Shown here piece after piece: positions 52,785 to 61,378 of a stretch of 64,000 nt of DNA; the stretch's first letter is position 1, and every line of letters begins with the position of its first letter. The notes below the pieces were generated by a model. It saw nothing but the letters and a program-made list of their open reading frames with translations, ran no database searches and had not been told where the DNA came from. This stretch comes from an uncultured Nitrososphaerales archaeon (GTDB lineage Archaea > Thermoproteota > Nitrososphaeria > Nitrososphaerales > Nitrososphaeraceae). The DNA is taken from NCBI GenBank assembly GCA_963841565.1, contig CAWJCY010000006.1, positions 96,001-160,000 of the forward strand, read 5' to 3'. A program made the translations under genes and the position numbers.

Positions 52785-54239
52785 TTATTCCGTTACGTAT
52801 GCTCTTTCTCCATGTTGTGAAAGATCCAGACCGACTTCTTCTTCTTTTGGTGTAACTCGTATTCCTCCAGGCCAAACGAGGTCCATCACCTTAATTATGA
52901 GTGCCGTAATGCCAACCGCCCATGCTAAAGCCGCAAATGCACCAATAGCATTGTTCAGCAATTGAACCGGATTTCCAAAAGCAAGTCCATCAGCTATTGG
53001 AGTGTAAATTGTCTGGGCGAATATTCCTGTTAAGAGTGCACCTGCGAGACCACCCATGCCATGAACAGCCCACGTGTCAAGTGCATCATCCCACTTTCTG
53101 CGGTTCTTGAATACTACTGCTGCGTAACAAACAAGCGATGCCGAAATGCCGATTATAATCGCCGCCATTGGCCCTACAAATCCTGAAGCCGGAGTAATTG
53201 CTACTAAACCAGCAACAGCCCCTGAAGCCGCTCCCACCGTCGACGGTCTACCCGTATGCGCCCAAGAAATTAACATCCAGGTTAAAGCCGCAACCCCAGT
53301 TGCAATCTGAGTTGCAACAAATGCGCTAGTTGCATTTGGTCCCGCTGCACCAGCTGAGCCGGCATTAAACCCGAACCAGCCAAACCACAGCAAAGCTGCA
53401 CCTAGCACTATTAGTGGAATATTGTGTGGTTCCATGGGGACTTTTCCATATCCCAATCGTCGGCCGAGCATTATAGCGATGACTAATCCAGCCCAACCTG
53501 ATGTAATGTGGATTACAGTACCTCCTGCAAAGTCCAGCGACGGTAGCGCTCCAGTCCAGCCTACAGCAGTTCCTCCTGAACCGAGAGACCAAGTCCAGTG
53601 GGCGGCAAAATCATAAACAAAGGTAGCCCAAATTACAACAAATACCACGAAAGCGCTCCACTTCATTCTTTCCGCTAAAGCCGCAACAATAAGAGCCGGT
53701 GTAATTATGGCGAACATCATTTGGAAGATCATGAACGTCGCGTGAGGTATCGTTATAGCATACACGTCTGAAGGGACATTATGCCATACGTAATTCAAAC
53801 CAGCCCAGTCAAAGTTCCCTATGAAGCCATGACCTGTTGCGTCCGGACCAAATGCCAGGGAGTATCCCCAAAGAACCCATTGAATCGTCACTAGTCCTAC
53901 AGCCATGAAAACCATATGAATGGTACTTACAGCGTTCTTGTGTCGTGCTAGGCCACCGTAGAACATGGCCAATCCAGCGGGTGTCATAACGAGAACAAGC
54001 GCAGATGCAGTAAGCATCCAGGCATTATCTCCTGAGTTTATTTCACAAGGTATCAGAAATCCATCTTCATCAAGTATATATTCACCGGTGGCTTCGTCAG
54101 TCTGAAAACAACTAAATTGGATCCCTGACTGATTTGCTGTGTACTGCTGTGCAGACGCATCATTCACTGCGCCCATAGAGACCAGTGCGCCCAAAATTGC
54201 AAGAACTGGAAAGATAGCTAACAGTCGTGACTTTTGCAT
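52785..54239 (-). CDS. amt: ammonium transporter Amt with N-terminal extension
   Basis: FQMMFAIITPAL, AERMK, DFAGGTVIH, WFGWFGFNAGS, AVHG (twin His), EEEVGLD; start placed at MQKSRLL. Confidence 0.96.
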   Translation of the reverse strand: MQKSRLLAIFPVLAILGALVSMGAVNDASAQQYTANQSGIQFSCFQTDEATGEYILDEDGFLIPCEINSGDNAWMLTASALVLVMTPAGLAMFYGGLARHKNAVSTIHMVFMAVGLVTIQWVLWGYSLAFGPDATGHGFIGNFDWAGLNYVWHNVPSDVYAITIPHATFMIFQMMFAIITPALIVAALAERMKWSAFVVFVVIWATFVYDFAAHWTWSLGSGGTAVGWTGALPSLDFAGGTVIHITSGWAGLVIAIMLGRRLGYGKVPMEPHNIPLIVLGAALLWFGWFGFNAGSAGAAGPNATSAFVATQIATGVAALTWMLISWAHTGRPSTVGAASGAVAGLVAITPASGFVGPMAAIIIGISASLVCYAAVVFKNRRKWDDALDTWAVHGMGGLAGALLTGIFAQTIYTPIADGLAFGNPVQLLNNAIGAFAALAWAVGITALIIKVMDLVWPGGIRVTPKEEEVGLDLSQHGERAYVTE

Positions 54240-54687
54240 TATATTGCAATCCACCTAGCAAGCACTATAAAAAACATAACTAGCTTTCTGTATGCGTCAT
54301 AGTTATAATAATACGGTTTGAAAGTTTCATTATTATCTGAATATTAACTTTTTATGATATTAGTTTTTGCTCAAGATCCAGACGCGCCGGTTGCCGATTT
54401 CAGCCAGCGAAATAAGTGAACATTTTCAATTGACAAAGCCAACAAAGACTCTAAAAGACAAAATCATGACAAGAGATGGAAGCCATCGTAATCGGCTAAT
54501 TGTCAGCTTATGAATAATTGGTTCACACCGAATCCACGCTATCCAATGATAGATTGAATTCCAATTATGATCCTGTTTTTGACAATAAGCAACGCCAAAA
54601 TGCACCGTTCGGTTCCTTTCCAAACAACACAACTAAATTATCGACTTCGAGTAAAGTTTAAAGCGTTAAGGACAGAAACACTAGTTC

Positions 54688-55014
54688 GTGAGTCTAAATT
54701 CTTTCTTGCAAACTGGTGTCATCTTAATGATCTTCCTTTTACCTGCAATGACATTCCTAATGTCCGTGCCTTTGCCTTTGGTGAGTTCGACAACAGGCAC
54801 AGGTACCTCAGAAGACATACCCACGGGAGCTAATGATCCAACATTGCCTCCAAGCTCAACACCTGATATGTCTAACACAACATCTGAAGACATACCCACG
54901 GGAGCTAATGATCCAACATTGCCTCCAAGCTCAACACCTGATATGTCTAACACAACATCTGAAGACATACCCCCGGGAGCTAATGATCCAACGGTATTGT
55001 TACCGAGTTCATAA
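54688..55014 (+). CDS. secreted S/T/P-rich protein with 25-aa repeats
   Basis: Signal-peptide-like N-terminus, then repeats of SEDIPTGANDPTLPPSSTPDMSNTT; TTTAAA about 28 nt upstream. Confidence 0.55.
   Translation: MSLNSFLQTGVILMIFLLPAMTFLMSVPLPLVSSTTGTGTSEDIPTGANDPTLPPSSTPDMSNTTSEDIPTGANDPTLPPSSTPDMSNTTSEDIPPGANDPTVLLPSS
54811..54991. repeat. 75-bp tandem repeat, about 2.4 copies
   Basis: gaagacatac... recurs at 54811, 54886 and 54961; units are near-identical. Confidence 0.92.
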
Positions 55015-55122
55015 ACAAACTTGTCCTGCATTCGAGCTTTTGTATATTCGACATGACGGCTTGTGCATGACATGGGCTATTTTTCGGTAGATTTTTAATA
55101 GCCTCTGGTTAACAATGAAAAG

Positions 55123-55783
55123 TTGGTTCAGGCGCCTTCTCTAGATGTTGTGAGTAAAACAAATGATCGCATCGTGTTGAGGTTTAATAATGTTCCTAGA
55201 CAATATGTTAATGCAATAAGAAGGATTTCGATAAGTGAAGTCCCCACATTAGCGATTGATGATGTGGTTATGATGGAAAACTCGTCGGTAATGCACGACG
55301 AAGCAATCGCGCATAGATTAGGATTGATTCCGCTTCGTACTGATCTGAATAGATTTGTTTTGCCTCAAGAGTGTGATTGTAACAATTCTCTCGGTTGCTC
55401 AAAATGCAGAGTGCTGCTAGTATTAGATTCTGAAGCCAATGACAAGACTAAGCTTGTTACTTCGGGAGAACTGGTCTCTGAGGACGATGTTGTTAGGCCA
55501 GTGAGTAGTGGAATTCCAATCATAATATTGGCGCCTTCTCAAAAATTAAAGTTTGAAGCATATGCCAGACTAGGATTAGGTAGCAATCATGCCAAATGGC
55601 GAGCCGACTACATGCTCAATAGTCACAGACGGGACAGAACAAAATCAATCAATATTGACTGTCGAAACTACGGGGGCGCTTACCGCGGAAGAGACAATAG
55701 ATGCGGCTATCCAGAGGTTGATTTCGAAGGTAAAAGGTTTTACCGATACTGTCGCGTCCTTGCATGTTCCCTCCAAAACTTAA
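55123..55783 (+). CDS. rpoD: RNA polymerase subunit D (Rpo3), with one apparent frameshift
   Basis: NAIRR...EVPTLAID, DEAIAHRLGLIPL, HAKW. An extra base at about 55600 shifts the normal C-terminus (EPTTCS...ETTGAL) into another frame. Confidence 0.9.
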
Positions 55784-55832
55784 GTGAGTACATTTATTTG
55801 GGGATTCAAAAAGTAACACTCCAAGATTAATC

Positions 55833-56183
55833 ATGCTAAATGACGGTGTTATTGCAGACACAATATGGACGCTTAGAGTGGCATCCAAAAGGACTAAAGC
55901 ACCTCTCTGGAAAGATGTAGAACGCAGACTCCTTAATTCGAGAAGTAATAGACGAGAGGTAAATGTGGATAAATTATCAAAGTTTACGAAGGAAGGAGAC
56001 GTGATTATCGTTCCTGGCAAAATACTCGGTGCCGGAAATTTAGGTCATTCAGTTATAGTATATGCATATTCGATTTCAAAATTAGCTTCGAGGAAGATAA
56101 ATGAGGCTGGTGGTCAGATCCTTGCTCTTACCGACCTTATTGAAAAGTACCCTCACGGCTCGGGAGTGAGGATAATTGGATAA
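55833..56183 (+). CDS. rpl18e: 50S ribosomal protein L18e (eL18)
   Basis: RREVNV, VPGKILGAG, VRIIG. Confidence 0.95.
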   Translation: MLNDGVIADTIWTLRVASKRTKAPLWKDVERRLLNSRSNRREVNVDKLSKFTKEGDVIIVPGKILGAGNLGHSVIVYAYSISKLASRKINEAGGQILALTDLIEKYPHGSGVRIIG

Positions 56184-56637
56184 GAAACACCCACCGTCAA
56201 CAATTATTGTTGATATAACAAATTGCATTGCGGGTAGAACTTGTTCGCGCATTTCCAAGCTCCTATTGGAAGGTAACAAAGTATCGGTGATAAATGCTGA
56301 AAAAGCTATGATATCTGGAAACAGGTATAAAACCATAGAGATCTATAAAGAGGATCTAGAGATAAGCTCGGTCACTAACCCAATTCATGGTCCATTTCAC
56401 CCTCGTAGGCCGGATACAATATTATCAAGGATGGTCAGAGGGATGATCCCCAAACGCAAGACGAGCGGTATCGAAGCTTTCAAGCAGTTGAGGGTTTATA
56501 TTGGCGTGCCTGAAAAATTAAGCCGCGAGCAGCCAAAAGTATTTGAAGATTGTAGAATAAGAAAACCAGAGTCTTATTATATTACCGTTGGAGATGTTGC
56601 TAAACAAATTGGATGGAAGGATGAATACAATAAATGA
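56176..56637 (+). CDS. rpl13: 50S ribosomal protein L13 (uL13)
   Basis: NAEKAMISG, GPFHPRRPD, RMVRGMIP. Confidence 0.95.
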   Translation: MDKKHPPSTIIVDITNCIAGRTCSRISKLLLEGNKVSVINAEKAMISGNRYKTIEIYKEDLEISSVTNPIHGPFHPRRPDTILSRMVRGMIPKRKTSGIEAFKQLRVYIGVPEKLSREQPKVFEDCRIRKPESYYITVGDVAKQIGWKDEYNK

Positions 56638-57077
56638 ACAAGGTAGATCTCTATCCAGGACAGCGTAAGACAAGTAGGGCCACTGCCACCATATCAAAGG
56701 GCAACGGCAAAGTCAGGATAAACAATATTCCTGCCGAAGTTATGGAACCGGAGGTCGCAAGAGAAGTTGTGTTGGTCCCAATCCATTTGATAGGAGAAAT
56801 AAGAAATAGGATAGATCTTAGCGTAAAGGTACACGGAGGTGGATTCATGGGACAAGCCTTCGCCAGTGCAGTTGCCATTTCTAGGGCTCTGACCGGAGAA
56901 GGAAAAGGAGGAAAAGACCCTAAAGATCATCCTTTGTCAAAGAGCATTCGTGAAGAGATAAGAAGGAAAATAACAGAATATGACCGCCACTTTTTGGCTG
57001 GCGATCCTAGGCAGACTGAATCAAAGAAATTTGGCGGTCCAAGTGCTAGACGTAGAAAACAAAAGTCATATAGGTAA
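56634..57077 (+). CDS. rps9: 30S ribosomal protein S9 (uS9)
   Basis: GGGFMGQA, KKFGGPSARRRKQKSYR. Confidence 0.96.
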   Translation: MNKVDLYPGQRKTSRATATISKGNGKVRINNIPAEVMEPEVAREVVLVPIHLIGEIRNRIDLSVKVHGGGFMGQAFASAVAISRALTGEGKGGKDPKDHPLSKSIREEIRRKITEYDRHFLAGDPRQTESKKFGGPSARRRKQKSYR

Positions 57078-57190
57078 CCTAAATCCACCTTCCGTATACG
57101 TTAGACAAATAGGATTGACCTATTTGTTCTCAAGGGAAGTGAGGATAAACCCTTATCACGCTAAATCCGGTAATAGTCATTTCTGACGTA

Positions 57191-57415
57191 TTATAATGCG
57201 CTTCTACCCGATTGTTTCGTAAGATTCCTACGATCGGGAGTTAGATAATATTCTGCGAGTTTTTTTTCGTAGCAATCTCCGCAAAGATAGCCATCTCCTG
57301 CAAGATTCCACTGAGCCATCGGTTTGAAACGAAAATCTACTGCATTCTTACACCAGATACATTTTACTACATTCTTGGTCAACTTGATATTTAGCATTCT
57401 TGAATAGTAGACCAA
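57191..57415 (-). CDS. small Zn-finger protein
   Basis: CIWC ... LCGDCY. Confidence 0.65.
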   Translation of the reverse strand: MVYYSRMLNIKLTKNVVKCIWCKNAVDFRFKPMAQWNLAGDGYLCGDCYEKKLAEYYLTPDRRNLTKQSGRSAL

Positions 57416-57590
57416 ATTAATAGTTACTTGTTAAAAGTGAACAAAGTCTTAAAATCCTTCTCGGTGGGTATAATGTCCAATATACTTACTTTAAATCAGC
57501 AGTTGGCCATCTAGAGAAGATACGTGAGGTGTTCACCGAATTTTGGTATCAAGGATTTAATATGGGTCAGTAATTAATGAACCTGCCAAG

Positions 57591-57999
57591 ATGGGATCAG
57601 TTGGAAAAGTAGCATTTGTATCTATACTTGGTTTGGGTGCAATAACCGGAGTTTTAGTATATTATATTTTTGGTAATGCGAGCACCTGTCCCCGGAGTGA
57701 TAGAATCAATTTATCGTCAAAATTTACCTACCACGGAGGGAGCTGCGCAGGACAATGCTCAATCTTCATCTGAAGGAACCAACTCTACGTCAGCCAACTC
57801 TACGTCAGCCAACTCTACGTCAGCCAACTCTACGTCAGCCAACTCTACGTCAGCCAACTCTACGTCAGCCAACTCTACGTCAGCCAACTCTACGTCAGCC
57901 AACTCTACGTCAGCCAACTCTACGTCAGCCAACTCTACGTCAGCCAACTCTACGTCAGCCAACTCTACGTCAGCCAACTCTACTTTGTCTTCAACTTAA
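57591..57999 (+). CDS. membrane-anchored (NSTSA)n repeat protein, frameshifted at a T5 tract
   Basis: The TM segment (57591-57668) joins the repeat frame (57670-57999) by a +1 shift at T5 57667-57671. Confidence 0.65.
57781..57983. repeat. perfect 15-bp tandem repeat aactctacgtcagcc x13 plus a partial copy
   Basis: Directly visible; encodes NSTSA. Confidence 0.98.
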
Positions 58000-58140
58000 C
58001 CTATTTAGAACTAACGTGCCCCCCCTAAAGATCTTAATGGCATATCGAGTGAAAATCTACAGGACTGTAAAACTAGGGCTTATTGTATGGTCCAGCGATT
58101 GATATATACTTATATTAAGCATTTCGAAGTACATAATTTA

Positions 58141-58917
58141 ATGGTCTTTCTTGAGGTTAATGACCTTCATGCAAATATCGATAATAAGGAAATACTGAAT
58201 GGACTAAATTTGAAGATTGATAAAGGGGAGGTTCATGTAATTATGGGCCCAAATGGTTCTGGCAAAAGCACATTTGCAAACGTCCTGCTTGGGCATCCCA
58301 AATACACAGTTACGGGAGGAAATGCTCTAGTTAAAGGCGAAAGTATCATGAATCTTACCACTGATGAGAGAACGAAGAAAGGTTTATTCCTTGGCTTTCA
58401 GTATCCTATCGAAATCCCAGGGGTCGGGTACAGCCACTTTTTGAGAAATGCCTATAATACATTGAACAAATCATTAGCCGACGACCAAAAAAACCGTGAA
58501 GTATTCCTTACAGTAAGAGAATTTCATGAATATGTCAAGAAGAATTTAGATTCTGTGGGCCTAGACAAATCATTTCTAAGCAGGTATTTGAATGAAGGGT
58601 TTTCTGGAGGAGAGAAAAAAAGATCTGAAGTCATGCAGATGTTGGTCCTTAAGCCAAACTTAGCGATTCTCGATGAACCTGATTCAGGCCTCGATATAGA
58701 TGCCGTAAAAGCAGTTGCAGAAGCAATCAATCAACTTATTGATACTGGTGCTGGCGTACTTGTGATAACGCACTATGCTAGGATTCTGCGGTACTTGTCG
58801 AAACTTGATTTTGTACATGTGATGTCAAGGGGTAAGATCATCAAGTCAGGGGATAAAACTCTTGCCGACGAGCTCGAATCTAGAGGATATGGCTGGCTAG
58901 GTTTGGAAGATAAGTAG
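58141..58917 (+). CDS. sufC: Fe-S cluster assembly ATPase SufC
   Basis: GPNGSGKS, FQYPIEIPGV, NEGFSGGEKKR, LDEPDSGLDIDA, ITHY. Confidence 0.95.
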   Translation: MVFLEVNDLHANIDNKEILNGLNLKIDKGEVHVIMGPNGSGKSTFANVLLGHPKYTVTGGNALVKGESIMNLTTDERTKKGLFLGFQYPIEIPGVGYSHFLRNAYNTLNKSLADDQKNREVFLTVREFHEYVKKNLDSVGLDKSFLSRYLNEGFSGGEKKRSEVMQMLVLKPNLAILDEPDSGLDIDAVKAVAEAINQLIDTGAGVLVITHYARILRYLSKLDFVHVMSRGKIIKSGDKTLADELESRGYGWLGLEDK

Positions 58918-58948
58918 GCCTCATTAAACCCATTTAGAGTAGGATATA

Positions 58949-59650
58949 ATGGAAGTTCAACGCAAAAGGGATCAGGTCAAGACATCAAAATCTACCTTCC
59001 TCAACTATTCGTTTTTCAAACTTGACCCAAAATGGCGTTGGATGAATGAGGTGGCAAAGGAAGAGGCAGCTAAGGAATTTGCCACCCTAGTGAGTGTCGC
59101 GAACACCAAATTGCGAGTTCATACATATACAACTCTTGGCCTTCACAGCGGGACAGATTTCATGCTTTGGATGGTATCCGATTCGGTTGAAATGTTTCAG
59201 ACGTTTACGTCTAAAATCTACAGTACCATTCTAGGAAAATACATTGAACCTGCTTTCTTGTACCTTTCGTCATTCAGAAGATCTGTTTATTCCGAGAAGA
59301 TGACGCCGTCATTTATGACAGATTCTAAGCCGCTGAAATATCTAGTGGTATATCCCTTTGTTAAGTCTAGAGAGTGGTATCTTTTGCCATTTGAAGAACG
59401 TAAAAAAATGATGGATGAGCATATTACAATTGGCAGAAAATTTCCCGAGATCAAGCTGAATACATCATATTCGTATGGAATCGATGATAATGACTTTACT
59501 CTCGCGTTTGAAACGGATGATCTAACAAAGTTTCAGGATCTGATTCTCCAATTACGTGAAACAAAGGTGAGCTTGTATGTTGTGAAGGATACTCCAATGA
59601 TAGTATGCGTGCAAAAAGATATACAGAGTATTATCATGGGGCTTGGGTGA
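58949..59650 (+). CDS. chlorite dismutase-superfamily protein, probably coproheme decarboxylase (ChdC/HemQ-like)
   Basis: YPFVK motif, WYLLPFEER, proximal His in MDEH; the Cld distal Arg appears absent. Confidence 0.8.
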   Translation: MEVQRKRDQVKTSKSTFLNYSFFKLDPKWRWMNEVAKEEAAKEFATLVSVANTKLRVHTYTTLGLHSGTDFMLWMVSDSVEMFQTFTSKIYSTILGKYIEPAFLYLSSFRRSVYSEKMTPSFMTDSKPLKYLVVYPFVKSREWYLLPFEERKKMMDEHITIGRKFPEIKLNTSYSYGIDDNDFTLAFETDDLTKFQDLILQLRETKVSLYVVKDTPMIVCVQKDIQSIIMGLG

Positions 59651-60236
59651 GGCATCGATCATGACAATATCTGCGTTAAAGGAATGGGCTATTGTATGTA
59701 AGGGATTAGAAGAAGGGAGGCAAACAATTCTGCTAAGAAAAGGCGGGATAATGGAACGTAAGCACGGTTTTGAATTGAGACATAATGATTTCTACATGTT
59801 TCCAACTTATGAGCATCAATCAAAGGATCTTTTACAGCAAGAATACGCGGATAGGTTCGAATCAATATTGCATGATAAGCCTCTAGATGATTTGAATACA
59901 ATTTACCTTTACGCAAAGGTTATCTTTATTACTGAGACATTTAGCAGGAGAATGCTTAACGGCCTAAGCGACTTTCATATATGGAACGAGAAGTACATAA
60001 TTGCAAGGATGGATTACAACCCCGAGAAACCTCTCAGTATTATATTACTTCGTGTATACAGACTGAACAAGGCCTTAAGTGTCGCTCTCAGTCCGCAACA
60101 GGCAGGCTGTAGATCATGGATCGACTTTCAATCATTAAGTTCGAAAGATTCTCAAGATAATATAGGAAAACCGGTTCTAAGCAACGATATCTTTCAGGAA
60201 AGGCAATCGCAATTAATGGAGGTACTTGATATCTAG
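59643..60236 (+). CDS. DUF1802 family protein
   Basis: ALKEWA ... GRQTILLRKGGI.E, FPTYEHQ, GCRSWI. Confidence 0.85.
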   Translation: MGEASIMTISALKEWAIVCKGLEEGRQTILLRKGGIMERKHGFELRHNDFYMFPTYEHQSKDLLQQEYADRFESILHDKPLDDLNTIYLYAKVIFITETFSRRMLNGLSDFHIWNEKYIIARMDYNPEKPLSIILLRVYRLNKALSVALSPQQAGCRSWIDFQSLSSKDSQDNIGKPVLSNDIFQERQSQLMEVLDI

Positions 60237-61229
60237 ATGAAATATCGTCGACTGGGGAAGAGTGGAATTATGGTAAGTGAGATAGGATTCGGCGCATGGA
60301 CAATAGCGTTGGACTGGTGGGGTGGAAAAAAGATTAACGATGAAGAAGCCATTAGGATGTTAAAGCGAGCATTTGATTTAGGCATCAATTTTTTTGAAAC
60401 GTCTGACGTGTATGGAAAGGGGAGAAGTGAAAAGCTCATAGGTGAAGCCTTTAGGGGAGTGAATCGTGATGAGGTAATCTATTCGACCAAATGGGGTTAC
60501 GATATTTATGGCGCTGAACAGGTTGGCCATAACGAACTCCCGCAGAAACATGACCCATCTTTCATGAATTATGCGTTACAAGAGAGCATAAAGAGACTGC
60601 AAACGGATTTCATAGACGTGTATAGTCTACACAACCCCAAGATGAATGTAATCCAGGATAATACTCTATTTGAGACACTTGATAGGACACGCAAAGAAGG
60701 TAAGATTAAAAGTTATGGAGTCGCCTTGGGACCGGCAATAGGTTGGAAAGAGGAAGGAACTTTGTCAATGGAAAAAAGGGATGTAACTTGTCTTCAGAGC
60801 GTCTATAATCTTTTGGAACAGGACCCCGTAAAAGATTTCTTTCAGATCGCTGAAGCTAATGACGTGGGTCTTATGGCTCGAGTTCCTGATGCATCCGGTG
60901 TGCTAACAGGAAAAGTAAACATGGATACGGTATTTGATAAGAATGATCACCGAAGTACACGAAAGAAAGAGTGGATCATTCAAGCACTGCGGAAAATAGA
61001 GTGCATAAAACCAATTGCTGATTCGTATGGCTGGACAATTACTGAATTCGCTATAAAATTCATCCTCTCCCAAAACAAGATCGCATCGGTCCTGCCAACG
61101 GTAGTCAATTTAGAAGAGATCGAATTATTCACGAACATGTCTGATGGAAAGTACTTGAGGCAGAATGACTTGGAAGCACTCTCACAGATGTATGACAAAG
61201 ATTTTTACACAACAACCATTAGAAAATAA
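60237..61229 (+). CDS. aldo/keto reductase
   Basis: YRRLGKSG, FETSDVYG, TKWG, RLQTDFIDVYSLH. Confidence 0.92.
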   Translation: MKYRRLGKSGIMVSEIGFGAWTIALDWWGGKKINDEEAIRMLKRAFDLGINFFETSDVYGKGRSEKLIGEAFRGVNRDEVIYSTKWGYDIYGAEQVGHNELPQKHDPSFMNYALQESIKRLQTDFIDVYSLHNPKMNVIQDNTLFETLDRTRKEGKIKSYGVALGPAIGWKEEGTLSMEKRDVTCLQSVYNLLEQDPVKDFFQIAEANDVGLMARVPDASGVLTGKVNMDTVFDKNDHRSTRKKEWIIQALRKIECIKPIADSYGWTITEFAIKFILSQNKIASVLPTVVNLEEIELFTNMSDGKYLRQNDLEALSQMYDKDFYTTTIRK

Positions 61230-61245
61230 GTAAAATGAGCATTTC

Positions 61246-61285
61246 TTGGTCATAATTCTATCTATCTCTCCGAATTTATGACCAA
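61246..61285. terminator. inverted repeat between the convergent AKR and ahbAB genes
   Basis: TTGGTCATAATTC ... GAATTTATGACCAA near-perfect stem. Confidence 0.4.
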
Positions 61286-61378
61286 ATAAGTAGTTGTGTT
61301 TGAGCATCAGTCTTCGAGCCTACTACCGTCTGTAAATGAATCAAACTCAAATAATGATGAGAAAAGACGGTAATGTTC

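Noticed and set aside
54811-54991. 75-bp periodic repeat as a mini-CRISPR
   Set aside because: The would-be spacers are identical to each other, so it is a plain tandem duplication
55015-57190. Absence of rps13-rps4-rps11 and rpoN around rpoD-rps9 as a novel rearrangement
   Set aside because: Fragmentation of this operon is, to my knowledge, usual in Thaumarchaeota
57781-57983. 15-bp repeat array as a CRISPR array
   Set aside because: Units are head-to-tail with no unique spacers and lie in frame within a coding sequence
57755-58102. Alternative-frame ORFs (PTLRQ)n and (ADVEL)n
   Set aside because: By-products of a stop-free 15-bp unit; the NSTSA frame is the one that plausibly continues the upstream membrane anchor
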